Positions 39,914 through 50,041 are shown, counted from the first letter of the stretch. The stretch is 64,000 nucleotides of DNA from Syntrophales bacterium (GCA_963662405.2 CAXXKT010000001.1:896001-960000); one strand, 5' to 3'. The notes: generated by a model from the letters alone, not told the origin. Numbers and translations: made by a program.

Positions 39914-40945
39914 TTACCCCGATATCTGTTCTCTTCTCCGCATCATCCACCACGCACAGGCTGAGATCAGGATCAAAAACAACAATGCTCCCTCCGTTGT
40001 GAGATCAGGAATAGTAGCCGGAAACACTACGGTTGGCTCAGGAGACACAGATTTACGAACTCTCACATCATCGAACCACCCCTTTGCCTCCTCACAATCG
40101 GTTACCCTGGCGACGATTTGCAGGGTAGCTGATCCACCGCTGACGGTAAACGTATCTGAGACAGCATTGCTCCAAGAAGTGTTGCACTTGCTGCAACCGG
40201 TATAGTGGCAGGTGTCGCTGCTGTATATGTTGACAGAGTCAGCATATGCCAAGTTTTCTCCCGCGGATCCACCGCTGCAATAGCCCCACTGTCCGCCCCA
40301 TCCTCTTTGAAAAAAGTCGAGCTTGTACGTCCCGTCAGCAAGGGCCAGGGTGCGAGAGGCTGTCGGTCTCACGCCATTGTACGTTGGGCCACCGCAACTG
40401 GACCGCCCATACAGAGACAAGCTGTACTGACCGGACACATGTTCGCTATGGTCTGCCGAAAACGCGCAAGATTCTCCAGGGATGTCTTGACTGTTACACG
40501 AGGTGTTCCAGTCGGCGATATCTCCGTCATCGAAATCATCGAAAAAATCAAATGTCGCGCTGCCATTACTCTGACTGACTGCCCCGGAATTGCCATACCA
40601 CATATACATAAGAGCTGTGCCGCTGAGGATTGACGGGATTTTTACCCAGATCGTACTGTCTCCCGAAGGGTTCCAGGTTTCTATCCAATAATCGTAGAAG
40701 ACTGTTTTCGTGCCGTCCGTGAATCTCAAATCCGAGCCATCCGGGTTTACTTCTGCATAGTCAAAGGTAGCGGGAGATAATGTTATCAAAATCTGATAGT
40801 TGGCAAGCGCATTTCCGTCGTTCACTATCTCTATCGGGCTTTCATGGAGCCAGGGAGGTGCCGCATAAGTTGAGGGCATTTTACAACAAAAAATAACCAT
40901 TACGATTGATAAAGCAATGAAGAAAAGTGATTTATAAAATCTCAT
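39914..40945 (-). CDS. Secreted DUF2341-domain protein with IPTL-CTERM-like C-terminal anchor
   Basis: Signal peptide; DGSDLRF...YWIETW...IWVKIP...YMWYGN...FDFFDDF; C-terminus TIPDLTTEG + TM + RRR. Confidence 0.8.
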   Translation of the reverse strand: MRFYKSLFFIALSIVMVIFCCKMPSTYAAPPWLHESPIEIVNDGNALANYQILITLSPATFDYAEVNPDGSDLRFTDGTKTVFYDYWIETWNPSGDSTIWVKIPSILSGTALMYMWYGNSGAVSQSNGSATFDFFDDFDDGDIADWNTSCNSQDIPGESCAFSADHSEHVSGQYSLSLYGRSSCGGPTYNGVRPTASRTLALADGTYKLDFFQRGWGGQWGYCSGGSAGENLAYADSVNIYSSDTCHYTGCSKCNTSWSNAVSDTFTVSGGSATLQIVARVTDCEEAKGWFDDVRVRKSVSPEPTVVFPATIPDLTTEGALLFLILISACAWWMMRRREQISG

Positions 40946-41129
40946 GCTGATTCTCCCCTTTCTTTTGCGATTCGTTTATCTTTGCCTTGATTCCCCTCTT
41001 TTCTTGTATATAAGAAGATTTTTAAAGGTGTGATGAATAGTATTCGCTCCCTTTATCTCCATCTCCTTTACTGCATCTCCTATAGTCTGCCCTCGTTCCC
41101 TGCCGTAAGACACGCTTCCGCCATATCGG

Positions 41130-41519
41130 TCAGCTCCTGTTCAGCACATAGAATGCGGCATTCAGATAGGTGGCGAAGAGGACCCACAGGAGATAGGGCA
41201 CCAGCAATATCGATGACATCCTGCTGGTGTGCCGGAAACACCACACTATCACTATCAGCGTGATGTCCAACACAAGGATATCAAGAAATGCCCACCCGGG
41301 GGCCTGCAGACCGAAAAAGATCCCGGTCCACGCAAAATTGGTGATGAGATGAATGACAATCAGGACATATATGCCATATCCCTGTTCGCGGCGATATGCC
41401 CGTAAAAAGAGGAACAGGGAGACCGCGATCATCACGTACAGGGTCGCCCAGACGGGAGTAAACACCCAATCGGGCGGGGTCAACACCGGTCGCTGTAACG
41501 TATCATACCACTCGTTCAT
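41130..41519 (-). CDS. tspO: TspO/MBR family tryptophan-rich sensory protein
   Basis: WYDTLQRP..TPPDWVFTPVW, NFAWTGIFF, PYLLWVLFATYLN. Confidence 0.92.
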   Translation of the reverse strand: MNEWYDTLQRPVLTPPDWVFTPVWATLYVMIAVSLFLFLRAYRREQGYGIYVLIVIHLITNFAWTGIFFGLQAPGWAFLDILVLDITLIVIVWCFRHTSRMSSILLVPYLLWVLFATYLNAAFYVLNRS

Positions 41520-41563
41520 TCATCACCCCCCTGTCTGATCAGGAGTTGATCCGAACACCCCGG

Positions 41564-42064
41564 TCAGGCAGTCGCTGAAAATCCTTCGTGAAAGACGACC
41601 GTCCCTTCCGGGATGGTGTCACCGAAAGGCAGGACCAGAAACACCTCCGGTGGAACACCTTCATGAATCAACTCCGGAAGATTACGAAAGCCGAACCGTT
41701 TATAATATCCAGGGTCACCCACCAGGGCACACCCCTTACCACCCAGGGACTTCAGCATGGAGAGCCCTTCCCGGACGAGAGCCTTCCCAATACCCTTCTT
41801 CTGATACGCCGGCAGCACAGAGAGAGGGCCACCACCATACCAACCATCACTGCCGTCGGAAATGGTAACCGGTGAGAAGGCGATGTGGCCCACCACCCGT
41901 CCATCAACCTCCGCGACAAGCGAAACCGTCAGCGCACCGGCGGTACGCAATGCCGTGATTATGAATTGCTCAGTCTGCTGGCTGACCGCAAGACCCCGGA
42001 AGGCGGCTATTGTAATGTCGGTGATTGCCTCAATATCAGAATCTTTTTCTCTTCGTATGATCAT
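41564..42064 (-). CDS. GNAT N-acetyltransferase (YhbS-like)
   Basis: VVGHIAFSPV, PLSVLPAYQKKGIGKAL, GDPGYYKRFGF. Confidence 0.92.
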   Translation of the reverse strand: MIIRREKDSDIEAITDITIAAFRGLAVSQQTEQFIITALRTAGALTVSLVAEVDGRVVGHIAFSPVTISDGSDGWYGGGPLSVLPAYQKKGIGKALVREGLSMLKSLGGKGCALVGDPGYYKRFGFRNLPELIHEGVPPEVFLVLPFGDTIPEGTVVFHEGFSATA

Positions 42065-42145
42065 CTCATCCCTTCTTCCGTTTTTTCAGCTCCCGGTTCG
42101 CTCAAGAACCGCTTCTTTCATCTGCATCTTCACGAGATCACCGTA

Positions 42146-42658
42146 TCATCTGTTTTTGAAATACTGCTCGATCTCCTGCCGGTGTGCGGCGACATACCGG
42201 CAGCTCGGCTCTTCGCCGCATGCCCGACACTTCGAATCATAGATTGAATTGATGGTCCCACACCGCGGGCAGGCATAGCGATCCCGGACCTTTTCGAGCC
42301 AGGGTTCATAACCGACCGTTCTGATCTGTTCCAGATCTCGCCACAGCTCGATCCGATGGGGCATTTCAGACTGGAACTGCCTCAGGGTATTACAGGGATA
42401 TTCCGCGCATTCGACGCAGAAATCGAGCCCTCGTTCAGCGGCGCAGGAGAACATGACACAGGTCCGGCAATAGGGGCCTCTCGTGGTCGACCGACATCCG
42501 TAACACCTGACTTCCTCCTCCGGAAGCCGGTAGTGTGCCGCGATCTTCTTGAGCCGTGCCGGATCTTCCTTCGTGGCGATGAACAACGAGCACGCCTCAC
42601 AGTACAGACCGCACACGGCGGCCATCGTCTTGTCAGAATTTTCAGTATCTTGGGTCAT
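42146..42658 (-). CDS. DUF3795-like Cys-rich protein
   Basis: CGLYCEAC, CYGC, CVECAEYPC, CPRCG, CRACG. Confidence 0.8.
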   Translation of the reverse strand: MTQDTENSDKTMAAVCGLYCEACSLFIATKEDPARLKKIAAHYRLPEEEVRCYGCRSTTRGPYCRTCVMFSCAAERGLDFCVECAEYPCNTLRQFQSEMPHRIELWRDLEQIRTVGYEPWLEKVRDRYACPRCGTINSIYDSKCRACGEEPSCRYVAAHRQEIEQYFKNR

Positions 42659-42730
42659 GATGGCATCCTTCACGTCTCTCTCAATCCTCTGTGCCTTGTG
42701 CTCCCCCACTCCTGATGTTTCCCTGTCCCC

Positions 42731-43750
42731 TTACTCTTTCGTACCCGTGATCACGGACCGGTCGGCCGCCACATCGGTCACTTCGATGCGGGTAAAACCC
42801 GCGGCGTCAAGGATATCCCCTATTTCCCTGGTCGAATAGCATCTCCCCTCCGTTGAATGCATCAGGAGGCAGGAATACTCGGCAACGGAAAGGGGACCGT
42901 CCTTGGATTCATTCAGGTGGGCATCGAAGACCGCTATTCGACCGCCGGGAGGCAGACTCTTAAAGGAATGTGCCGTTAACCGTTCCACGGAAGTCCAATC
43001 CCAGTCGTGAAAGGCGTTGGCAAAGAGATGCATATCATATCCACCGGGAATCGCTTCAAACATATTGCCGGCGATGACGGACACGCGGGACGACATGCCT
43101 TTCGCTTCGATCGCCCGTCTCGTGGCACGGTCCACGGGCGGGAGCTCAAGGACGGCGGCTTCAAGATCACGGTTCCGGCAGGCGATGGAACAGGCGTATA
43201 TCCCCGATCCGGCGGCGATATCCAGAAGAGCGGTGTACCGGTCGGTATCGAGTTTTTCGGCAAGCTGCCGGGCCAGAAAGGCGCCCCGGCTGTCCATGGC
43301 GGCGGTAAAGGAATCCGCAAACGTCTGATCCTCCATGCTTTTCATCCAGTCGCCACCCTCTTTCCCGCTCGACCAGCCGGCAGGCCTGCCGGTCTTCAGG
43401 ACCTCACGAAATTCCAGGCACTGCGGGCGATTCTTCAGAGAGCGATAGTACGGCACCAGGCTGTCGGGACTGTCAGTGACGAGATACATCGTCGACAGTT
43501 CGGTCAATCGATATGTGTTCTCGACCACTGCGATTAATCCCATGGCGACAAGGAGTGAAACCAGGACATCAGCCGGTCGCGCCTTGATCCCCAGTTCTTC
43601 ACGGATTTCATCGAACGTCTTGGGGCCGTTCTTCAAACACGTGAAGAAATCAAGGTATGCAATCGCGCACACCAGGAGATCAGCCGCATAGATCGAATCC
43701 CGATATCGGAGCAGGCGACTCGGGTCGGGTTGTGAAAACGCGTTTTTCAT
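42731..43750 (-). CDS. SAM-dependent O-methyltransferase with dimerisation domain
   Basis: LLDIAAGSG, AGNMF, NAFHDW, LPPGG. Confidence 0.88.
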   Translation of the reverse strand: MKNAFSQPDPSRLLRYRDSIYAADLLVCAIAYLDFFTCLKNGPKTFDEIREELGIKARPADVLVSLLVAMGLIAVVENTYRLTELSTMYLVTDSPDSLVPYYRSLKNRPQCLEFREVLKTGRPAGWSSGKEGGDWMKSMEDQTFADSFTAAMDSRGAFLARQLAEKLDTDRYTALLDIAAGSGIYACSIACRNRDLEAAVLELPPVDRATRRAIEAKGMSSRVSVIAGNMFEAIPGGYDMHLFANAFHDWDWTSVERLTAHSFKSLPPGGRIAVFDAHLNESKDGPLSVAEYSCLLMHSTEGRCYSTREIGDILDAAGFTRIEVTDVAADRSVITGTKE

Positions 43751-43808
43751 GTATCGGCTCCTCCAGCTCCCTCTTGGCGGGATTTATGGCCACCTCCCTT
43801 TTCCCTGA

Positions 43809-44324
43809 TCAGCGTGTGGCCGAACGAGCGCCCCTGCCTCCGGCAAGGAGAAGGAGCAGGAAACACAGGGTATAGAATACGGCAAATGATCGGTGCATCG
43901 GGATATTCCATGCAACAAAGAACTGCCTGACCGCTTCATCCGCCATCCCCGTGGCCACCGCCGTTTCGGCCCCGGCGAAACCGGAGGCAAAGAAGACGGA
44001 ACCCACCCAGAACGAGGACAGACCGGCGATCAAGGCGACGACCCGGTCCTTTTTCACCACGAAGCAGAAGATGGCCCAGATGGTTCCGGTTACGAGCGAG
44101 GCCCACAGGAACAGGTTATAGTGGACATTGGCGTGTGTCGCCTCTCTGAAAACAGAAAAGGTGTCGGCAAACACCTGGTAGTTTCCCGATTCGATCAGCC
44201 AGGTGAAATAGCGTCCCAGCATGACGCTGTGGGATACCAGAAACCCCGCCAGAATCCCCGTCAACAGCGTGATGATGAGCCACAAGATCCAGTGGATACG
44301 ACGAATGATTGTCCCCTCAGCCAT
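43809..44324 (-). CDS. Hypothetical membrane protein (about 4 TM)
   Basis: 171-aa ORF with four hydrophobic segments, co-oriented with neighbours. Confidence 0.7.
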   Translation of the reverse strand: MAEGTIIRRIHWILWLIITLLTGILAGFLVSHSVMLGRYFTWLIESGNYQVFADTFSVFREATHANVHYNLFLWASLVTGTIWAIFCFVVKKDRVVALIAGLSSFWVGSVFFASGFAGAETAVATGMADEAVRQFFVAWNIPMHRSFAVFYTLCFLLLLLAGGRGARSATR

Positions 44325-44371
44325 AGCACATCCCCCCGTTTTTTCTGCTGTATCCGCTCGGGAAGCGGTGT

Positions 44372-45208
44372 TCAGTACGTGAGCGTCAGGCCGACCCCCA
44401 CTTCCCGGAGATCGACCACCTGTGCCAGCGCCATTTTGGAGTTCAGATCCGTGCAGTGGCAGGCGTGGACCGATTCGGGGCGCAGAGATTTCATATACCT
44501 GACGGTCCCTTCCAACTGCTCCGGCGGAGGTTCCAGCAGATGGAACCCGCCAATGATGTCAACGATCCGCTCCTCATGACAGACCTCTTTCGCGTATTCG
44601 ACGATGTTGCAGATCCCCGCATGGGAACACCCCGTGATGATGACCAGACCGGCATCAGACCGGTAGACAAGCGCCGAATCATCCATGATGAAGTCGTCCC
44701 GTTCGCCTTCTTCATCCCGGATCGTTCCCATCGGCTTTTGGGCCTCGAAGGAATTATTCCTCTCAATCTCCCCCAGAAAGATCAGCCTTTCGGTCAGATT
44801 CACCGGCTTCCGGCTCAATTGGACATCGAAAAAGCCGGAAAGCTTCTCTTCCGAGAGGAGGGAGCCGATCTCAGGCAGGTTATCAAGCCTTCTGCTCGCC
44901 AGCGCCAGCGGGTGCGCGATCAGCCGCGGTCTTTTAACGGGAAGATCCTCAATCATCCCTTCCAGATAGAGCCGGACCAGCGGATCCAGCCCCCAGGTGT
45001 GGTCCAGATGGCCGTGGGACAGGACGACATCGTCCACATCCATGAGCTCAACGGACATCTTGCGGGCATTGGTGATGAATGCGTCGGAATACCCCACATC
45101 GAACAGGATCTTCCTGTCTCCATCCTCAATGAGGTACGATACCCCCGGCTCGGCAAGAAAATACCGGTCGATGAGGGCGTTGTTATCGACAAGCACGGTC
45201 AGTTGCAT
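44372..45208 (-). CDS. MBL-fold metallo-hydrolase
   Basis: ILFDVG, LSHGHLDHTWG, TGCSHAG, IGGFHL, CHCT. Confidence 0.9.
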   Translation of the reverse strand: MQLTVLVDNNALIDRYFLAEPGVSYLIEDGDRKILFDVGYSDAFITNARKMSVELMDVDDVVLSHGHLDHTWGLDPLVRLYLEGMIEDLPVKRPRLIAHPLALASRRLDNLPEIGSLLSEEKLSGFFDVQLSRKPVNLTERLIFLGEIERNNSFEAQKPMGTIRDEEGERDDFIMDDSALVYRSDAGLVIITGCSHAGICNIVEYAKEVCHEERIVDIIGGFHLLEPPPEQLEGTVRYMKSLRPESVHACHCTDLNSKMALAQVVDLREVGVGLTLTY

Positions 45209-45278
45209 TTCATCTTCCTCCCGAGAGACAGCATGTCTCACTTTACACCCCGCCGGTGGCGAAATCAACGGTGGCATT

Positions 45279-45302
45279 AATTGGGGACAGCGCCCATTTT
45301 TT
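45279..45302 (+). repeat. 24-bp inverted repeat, left copy (AATTGGGGACAGCGCCCATTTTTT)
   Basis: Exact reverse complement of 47909-47932. Confidence 0.92.
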
Positions 45303-45319
45303 AGGGGCAAACGCCACGA

Positions 45320-46054
45320 TTACACAGCAGTATCGGCTAATCGCCACTCAACAAACCTCCCAAATTCCCTCAGTATTCGTGTCGCAATCGGTGTCTCCGA
45401 AACCTCATTCAACAGGCGAGAGACATCCTGCCCAACGGACATAAGTTCCTTTCGTTGTTGCTGTATATACGATCGTACAATCTCGGCTCGGTACTCGGGG
45501 TGAAACTGCACCCCCCACGCACAGTCCCCCAGGCGGACGGCATGATTGGGATCATGAGCGGCGGCCGCCAGGCGTGTTGCTCTCTGTGGTATATTTACCA
45601 CACTCTGTGAGTGTGAGATATGAACCCGGAATGATTGCGGAAACGACTGAAAGAGGGGGTCGGTAGCACACGCGGGGAGCAGGTTCACATCGACTGTGCC
45701 GAAGTGCGGCCCCCGGGGGTGAAAATCGACCTGCCCCCCCGCGGCCCGGACCAGCAGTTGATGACCATAACAGATACCGAACAGAGGGGTGCCCACCGTG
45801 AGCAGACGCTTAAGCCACCCTTCCAGCGCGACACTCCAGGGGAACCTGTCCGTTACCATGGCGTGTGATCCCATCACGACCACCCCCGCGCACTCTTTTT
45901 CAGCGGGGAGGGAAACGCCCTGCAGGACATCAACAACACTCACGCCGACATCGAGAGGCCCGAGTGCCTCTCTCGTCCACCGGTCGAAATCGCCGAACTG
46001 CTTCTTTGTCGCGGGAAACGTGCTGCCGAGCTTGATAATATACAACTGTTTCAT
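45320..46054 (-). CDS. Class I glutamine amidotransferase
   Basis: PLFGICYGHQLL, WGVQFHPE (Cys-His-Glu triad). Confidence 0.92.
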   Translation of the reverse strand: MKQLYIIKLGSTFPATKKQFGDFDRWTREALGPLDVGVSVVDVLQGVSLPAEKECAGVVVMGSHAMVTDRFPWSVALEGWLKRLLTVGTPLFGICYGHQLLVRAAGGQVDFHPRGPHFGTVDVNLLPACATDPLFQSFPQSFRVHISHSQSVVNIPQRATRLAAAAHDPNHAVRLGDCAWGVQFHPEYRAEIVRSYIQQQRKELMSVGQDVSRLLNEVSETPIATRILREFGRFVEWRLADTAV

Positions 46055-46112
46055 GGCGTTCCGTCCCGACTACCAGTAACCGCCGACTCGTCCCTCACGT
46101 GGCCGTCTGTGC

Positions 46113-46592
46113 TCATGCCTGCGGGGATTGATGATCGGCAATGATCCGTTCGGCCATCGCTTCCCACCCGGGAGCATTCAAGGCATGGGGCTGCACCCGT
46201 TTCACCGCGGCGATGGCGGAAGCGGGTGATTCATCGCGGCTCATGGCCATATGATACGCTAGGAGCAGGCCGGTCCTGTCTCTCCCCCACGCGCAATGAA
46301 CGAGCACCTTCTTGCCGGTATCGAGATGCAGGCGCATGAACTCGTGTGCCTCCGGGAGCACCGATTCGCATATGACTTCGGTCTGATCGTTCGCGGGATA
46401 ATCATCGGGAATCGGGAACCAGCCAACGGCAATCCGATGCCCCTCCAACACCGCATGATCCGGCTCGGATTCCGTCAGGTTGACCACGGCGTCGAACCCC
46501 GCATGACGCAACTCCTCCAGGGACCACGGCGCGTAAGAGGGACCGGGCCTGCCCGCGAGACGATTCGGAATCAACCAGAAGACATGTTTCAT
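46113..46592 (-). CDS. Dual-specificity / tyrosine phosphatase family protein
   Basis: P-loop VHCAWGRDRTG (HCX5R), PIPDD. Confidence 0.9.
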   Translation of the reverse strand: MKHVFWLIPNRLAGRPGPSYAPWSLEELRHAGFDAVVNLTESEPDHAVLEGHRIAVGWFPIPDDYPANDQTEVICESVLPEAHEFMRLHLDTGKKVLVHCAWGRDRTGLLLAYHMAMSRDESPASAIAAVKRVQPHALNAPGWEAMAERIIADHQSPQA

Positions 46593-46687
46593 ACGTGTGA
46601 GCTATTGCCCCTTCACATAACCACGCCAGCCGCGTGGGGTTGGGATCAACCAGGAAACCGGTCCTCTTTTTTTCACGTACTGAGTCG

Positions 46688-47089
46688 TTACAGAATCTTT
46701 TTGCCGGCATCAGGCCCGGCTTCAACGATATACACACTCGTAATCTTACACACGATGGCCGACTTTGGATTAATCGTATCCATGATGCTGTGCATCCACT
46801 CGACATCCTGTTCAAATACCTCATCGTCGGTATGAATCGTCACATCACCCTTGATCTGGAAACCACCGGTCTTTTTGTTCCACCAACTCAGTGCTATCCG
46901 GGGATTTTCTTCCATATTCTTCAGTGTCTTACCAAAAAACTGGTCAGAGATGAGGAGCGTCTCGTCATCCAGGGACTTAACCGCACCGATAGGCACCACA
47001 TTCGGCGTACCATCTTTCGCCGCCGTCGCGAGAAACGCAAGTTGTACCGCTTTCAGACTCTCTTTAATATCCTCTGTAACTTTGACCAT
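46688..47089 (-). CDS. Pyridoxamine 5'-phosphate oxidase-like FMN-binding protein
   Basis: LATAAKDGTPNV, KTLKNMEENP, GFQIKG. Confidence 0.88.
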   Translation of the reverse strand: MVKVTEDIKESLKAVQLAFLATAAKDGTPNVVPIGAVKSLDDETLLISDQFFGKTLKNMEENPRIALSWWNKKTGGFQIKGDVTIHTDDEVFEQDVEWMHSIMDTINPKSAIVCKITSVYIVEAGPDAGKKIL

Positions 47090-47209
47090 ACAATCCTCCT
47101 CTTGGAAATAAAGGGGATATCACACTCATTTCTCTGATATTTCTGAAACAAATATGATGTCCCTGGATTTACAGATTTTAAGATGTTTAAAAAAAGACGC
47201 TATCCCAAT

Positions 47210-47734
47210 TCAGGACAATATGCAAATTTCTCCTTCACATGTGCCTTTTTCATACATGAGACAGCCGGTGATTGCCGGTTGCATCGCGTATCGGACATTC
47301 AGGAATTCGAGCCAGCATTCGATCCGGTACATCACGCCGCAATTGTATCCATCGATGACGCCGTTCTGTTTCATGCCCTTGTAAGCAAAGCACTGAAAGT
47401 CTTCCCATTTCCAGCGCAGGACATTTCCGGCGGACGGGGTAAGACGCAATTGTTTAAAAACCGAATGCGGCAGGGTCAGTTCCAGACCCGCGGCCATGAA
47501 TCGCGCGAGGTCATCGAATGTCTCGAAATGGTCCCCGGCGACTCCCAAGAGTTGTTTCATCCTGCCGATCTCAATCGGCGCCAGGGATCGTATGGCCTTT
47601 TTGTTTAATTCATTGGCCTTTTCTATGCCGAATTCACGGTACGTGTTAGAAAACCACATGCCGTCATGAGTCAGCCAGTCTTTTCCCAGCACATCCCTGA
47701 TCGCTGTTTTTTCGACTTTATCGAGTACGTTCAT
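47210..47734 (-). CDS. DUF6125-like hypothetical protein
   Basis: KDWLTHDGMWF, CFAY, YNCG, C-terminal GCLM...CEG. Confidence 0.65.
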   Translation of the reverse strand: MNVLDKVEKTAIRDVLGKDWLTHDGMWFSNTYREFGIEKANELNKKAIRSLAPIEIGRMKQLLGVAGDHFETFDDLARFMAAGLELTLPHSVFKQLRLTPSAGNVLRWKWEDFQCFAYKGMKQNGVIDGYNCGVMYRIECWLEFLNVRYAMQPAITGCLMYEKGTCEGEICILS

Positions 47735-47908
47735 TTGCTGATGCCTTTTATCGTTTGCGCGTAAAATCACCTCAAAAAAAACGTTGCGTAATTGTCAGAT
47801 TGACTTTGAGAAAGTATAGACCATAGGAAGAGGTTCCTATTCTTAGGCATAAATACGGGCAGTGTCGCTAGGCGTAATCCCCAATTACCCTTAATTTCCA
47901 ATATGTTG

Positions 47909-47932
47909 AAAAAATGGGCGCTGTCCCCAATT
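47909..47932 (-). repeat. 24-bp inverted repeat, right copy
   Basis: aaaaaatgggcgctgtccccaatt is the reverse complement of 45279-45302. Confidence 0.92.
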
Positions 47933-47949
47933 TCCGCTCCGCGGTCCGA

Positions 47950-48804
47950 TCAACCAAGCTCAAAGGTCGTCACACCGAAGAGCCGGTCCAGGGGCAGTTC
48001 GGGCTGTTCCCCTCGGTACATGCGGGCCGTCTCGAAGGAAACGGTCATATGGTGCCGCTCCGCCAGTTCGATTGCCGCCGCGTTTGGTTCGGGCGTGTCC
48101 AGGAACAGGGGAGAACCCGCGGGGACATTCGCCCGGAGGGACAGAAGCAACCGTTCCGCCAGTTCCGGACTGTCCGCGAACAACGGCCCTATTTTATATC
48201 CTTCGCGGCATCTGCGGACAACACCATAGCCTGTCAATGCACGATTGCGCAGGATGCCGAGCGCCGTATGTTCGTGCTGATTGATCCAGTTCTTCAGAAA
48301 CAGCCCGCGATCGTCGGGGAAAAACGGTTTGTCGTATTCGTCTGTTGTAATGAACGGGATCGTGGATAATGAGACAATCTCTTCATCCTCAGGGTGCGGC
48401 CCGCCGCCGGTCCCCTGATACCGGATATTGCGATACGCCACGGTAAACCCGGATTTCCGGTAGTTGTCCTGTTGGGCGACCACACTGTCGAGACCGATCG
48501 TGCGGTCCTGCAGAGAGGCGAGGCCGGCATTCCATATCCCCATACCGTACTCCCTGCCTCGATACGCCGGCTTGACGATGTAAAAGCCCAGAAAGCCGAA
48601 GGCTCTGCCGTATTTTACCGCCGAAATGGTCGCGACGGGTTCATCACCGAGGAGTCCGACGAAGAACCCGTTCGGATCGGCGGCGTGAAAGCAGTGGGCG
48701 TCGCACAATCCCGGGTTCCATCCCTCCGCCGCCGCCCAGTCGACAGCGATATCCACTTCCTGCCGCGTCATGACCCTGATGGTATAGTGGTTGTCCCGCG
48801 TCAT
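47950..48804 (-). CDS. Tandem-domain GNAT acetyltransferase (YitH-like)
   Basis: WAAAEGWNPG, GFYIVKPAYRG, KIGPLFAD, FETARMY. Confidence 0.88.
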   Translation of the reverse strand: MTRDNHYTIRVMTRQEVDIAVDWAAAEGWNPGLCDAHCFHAADPNGFFVGLLGDEPVATISAVKYGRAFGFLGFYIVKPAYRGREYGMGIWNAGLASLQDRTIGLDSVVAQQDNYRKSGFTVAYRNIRYQGTGGGPHPEDEEIVSLSTIPFITTDEYDKPFFPDDRGLFLKNWINQHEHTALGILRNRALTGYGVVRRCREGYKIGPLFADSPELAERLLLSLRANVPAGSPLFLDTPEPNAAAIELAERHHMTVSFETARMYRGEQPELPLDRLFGVTTFELG

Positions 48805-48808
48805 CGAA

Positions 48809-49750
48809 TTATTCCGCCTTGCCCGTTGCACTCTTATCCAGGATCACCTGCGCGGCGTAGTGCACCGGCCAGTCAATTTCTTTGTACCTGGCGGGATTTA
48901 CTTCTTTCCACTTGGGGTGTTTATTTTTCCCCAGATTATCCAGATTCTTACACACCAGACCGATAATGGTCCTGATATCCTGCACGTATCCCTTGAATCG
49001 TTCGGGCACATTCGTTTCTTCAGTGTAGTTGTATGATATCAGCACCGCGGTCGTTGCCTTTGTCCTGATATCACCTTCCTGCCACGGGTATGTGCCTTTT
49101 TCAATGATACTGTCGACATACACGCCTTCTAATTCGATCGGGACCAGTGTAATCTGTTCTGAAACATCCGCGCTCAAATCGGCAAGGACCGGGGCCGGCT
49201 TTCCGCAGGTATAGATAAAAGCATCGATATTTCCCGACCGTAACTGCCGCAAGGCTTCAGCTGGCGCATAGTTGTATTCCTGCCAGTCGAGCCCCAGTTT
49301 CTCCCGCATGACGGTTGCCGTGACCCAGCATCCGCTGTTCTGCTTGTCCATATTGACTCGTTTGCCACCCAAATCGCGGACATGATTGATATTCGAATCC
49401 TTTCTCGCTATCAGATGGATCTCCTCATCATATAACGGCAGAATCATCTTAATTTTTTCCCGTAATTGCTTGAATTTGAACGTTTCGTAATAGAGCAAGG
49501 CGTCATACTGGACAATGGCGAATTGGGTGTGTTTATCGTGGAGAACTTTTTCTATATTGCTCAATGAACCGCCCGGCGATACGTTGATATCCAGGACCCC
49601 CTGCGCGATATCGCGTATGTCCTGAGCGAACTTGATATAGGTGCCCGCCGTCGAACCACCCAGCAGGCCAATTTCCTGGGCATGGGATTGAACGAACAGA
49701 CAGAAACAACATCCAATAATGACCGCCACCTTCAACAGCGCCTTGCTCAT
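48809..49750 (-). CDS. TAXI-family TRAP solute-binding protein
   Basis: Signal peptide, GSTAGTY, GSLSNI, AIVQYD, LYDEEIHLIAR, DLGGKRV. Confidence 0.85.
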   Translation of the reverse strand: MSKALLKVAVIIGCCFCLFVQSHAQEIGLLGGSTAGTYIKFAQDIRDIAQGVLDINVSPGGSLSNIEKVLHDKHTQFAIVQYDALLYYETFKFKQLREKIKMILPLYDEEIHLIARKDSNINHVRDLGGKRVNMDKQNSGCWVTATVMREKLGLDWQEYNYAPAEALRQLRSGNIDAFIYTCGKPAPVLADLSADVSEQITLVPIELEGVYVDSIIEKGTYPWQEGDIRTKATTAVLISYNYTEETNVPERFKGYVQDIRTIIGLVCKNLDNLGKNKHPKWKEVNPARYKEIDWPVHYAAQVILDKSATGKAE

Positions 49751-50041
49751 GGACAGACTCCCCTCTTCGGTTTTAATATCATTCTGTTTCGACGATTTAT
49801 GATCCGTGAGCGACGTGCGGCCGGAGACCACGTCCGCAAAACACTGCCCGCTTGAGATGCATTCCCGAACCAGCACGTACCATTATTTTTCCGGCATCGC
49901 AACCGACATCATCATGGCCGATGCACGATGACCGTTCCGGTTCCCATCGGTTTTCAGATGGTACGCCCCCACGATACCAGTCACAGAAACAGGCTTCGTC
50001 CTCCCCGCCCCCCGGTGTCTTTTAGATGTTATCTGTCTTTT

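Noticed and set aside
46613..46645. attC-like CCCAAC...GTTATGT on the minus strand before the phosphatase gene
   Set aside because: Far shorter than an attC, lacks L boxes, and I saw no similar sites between other genes
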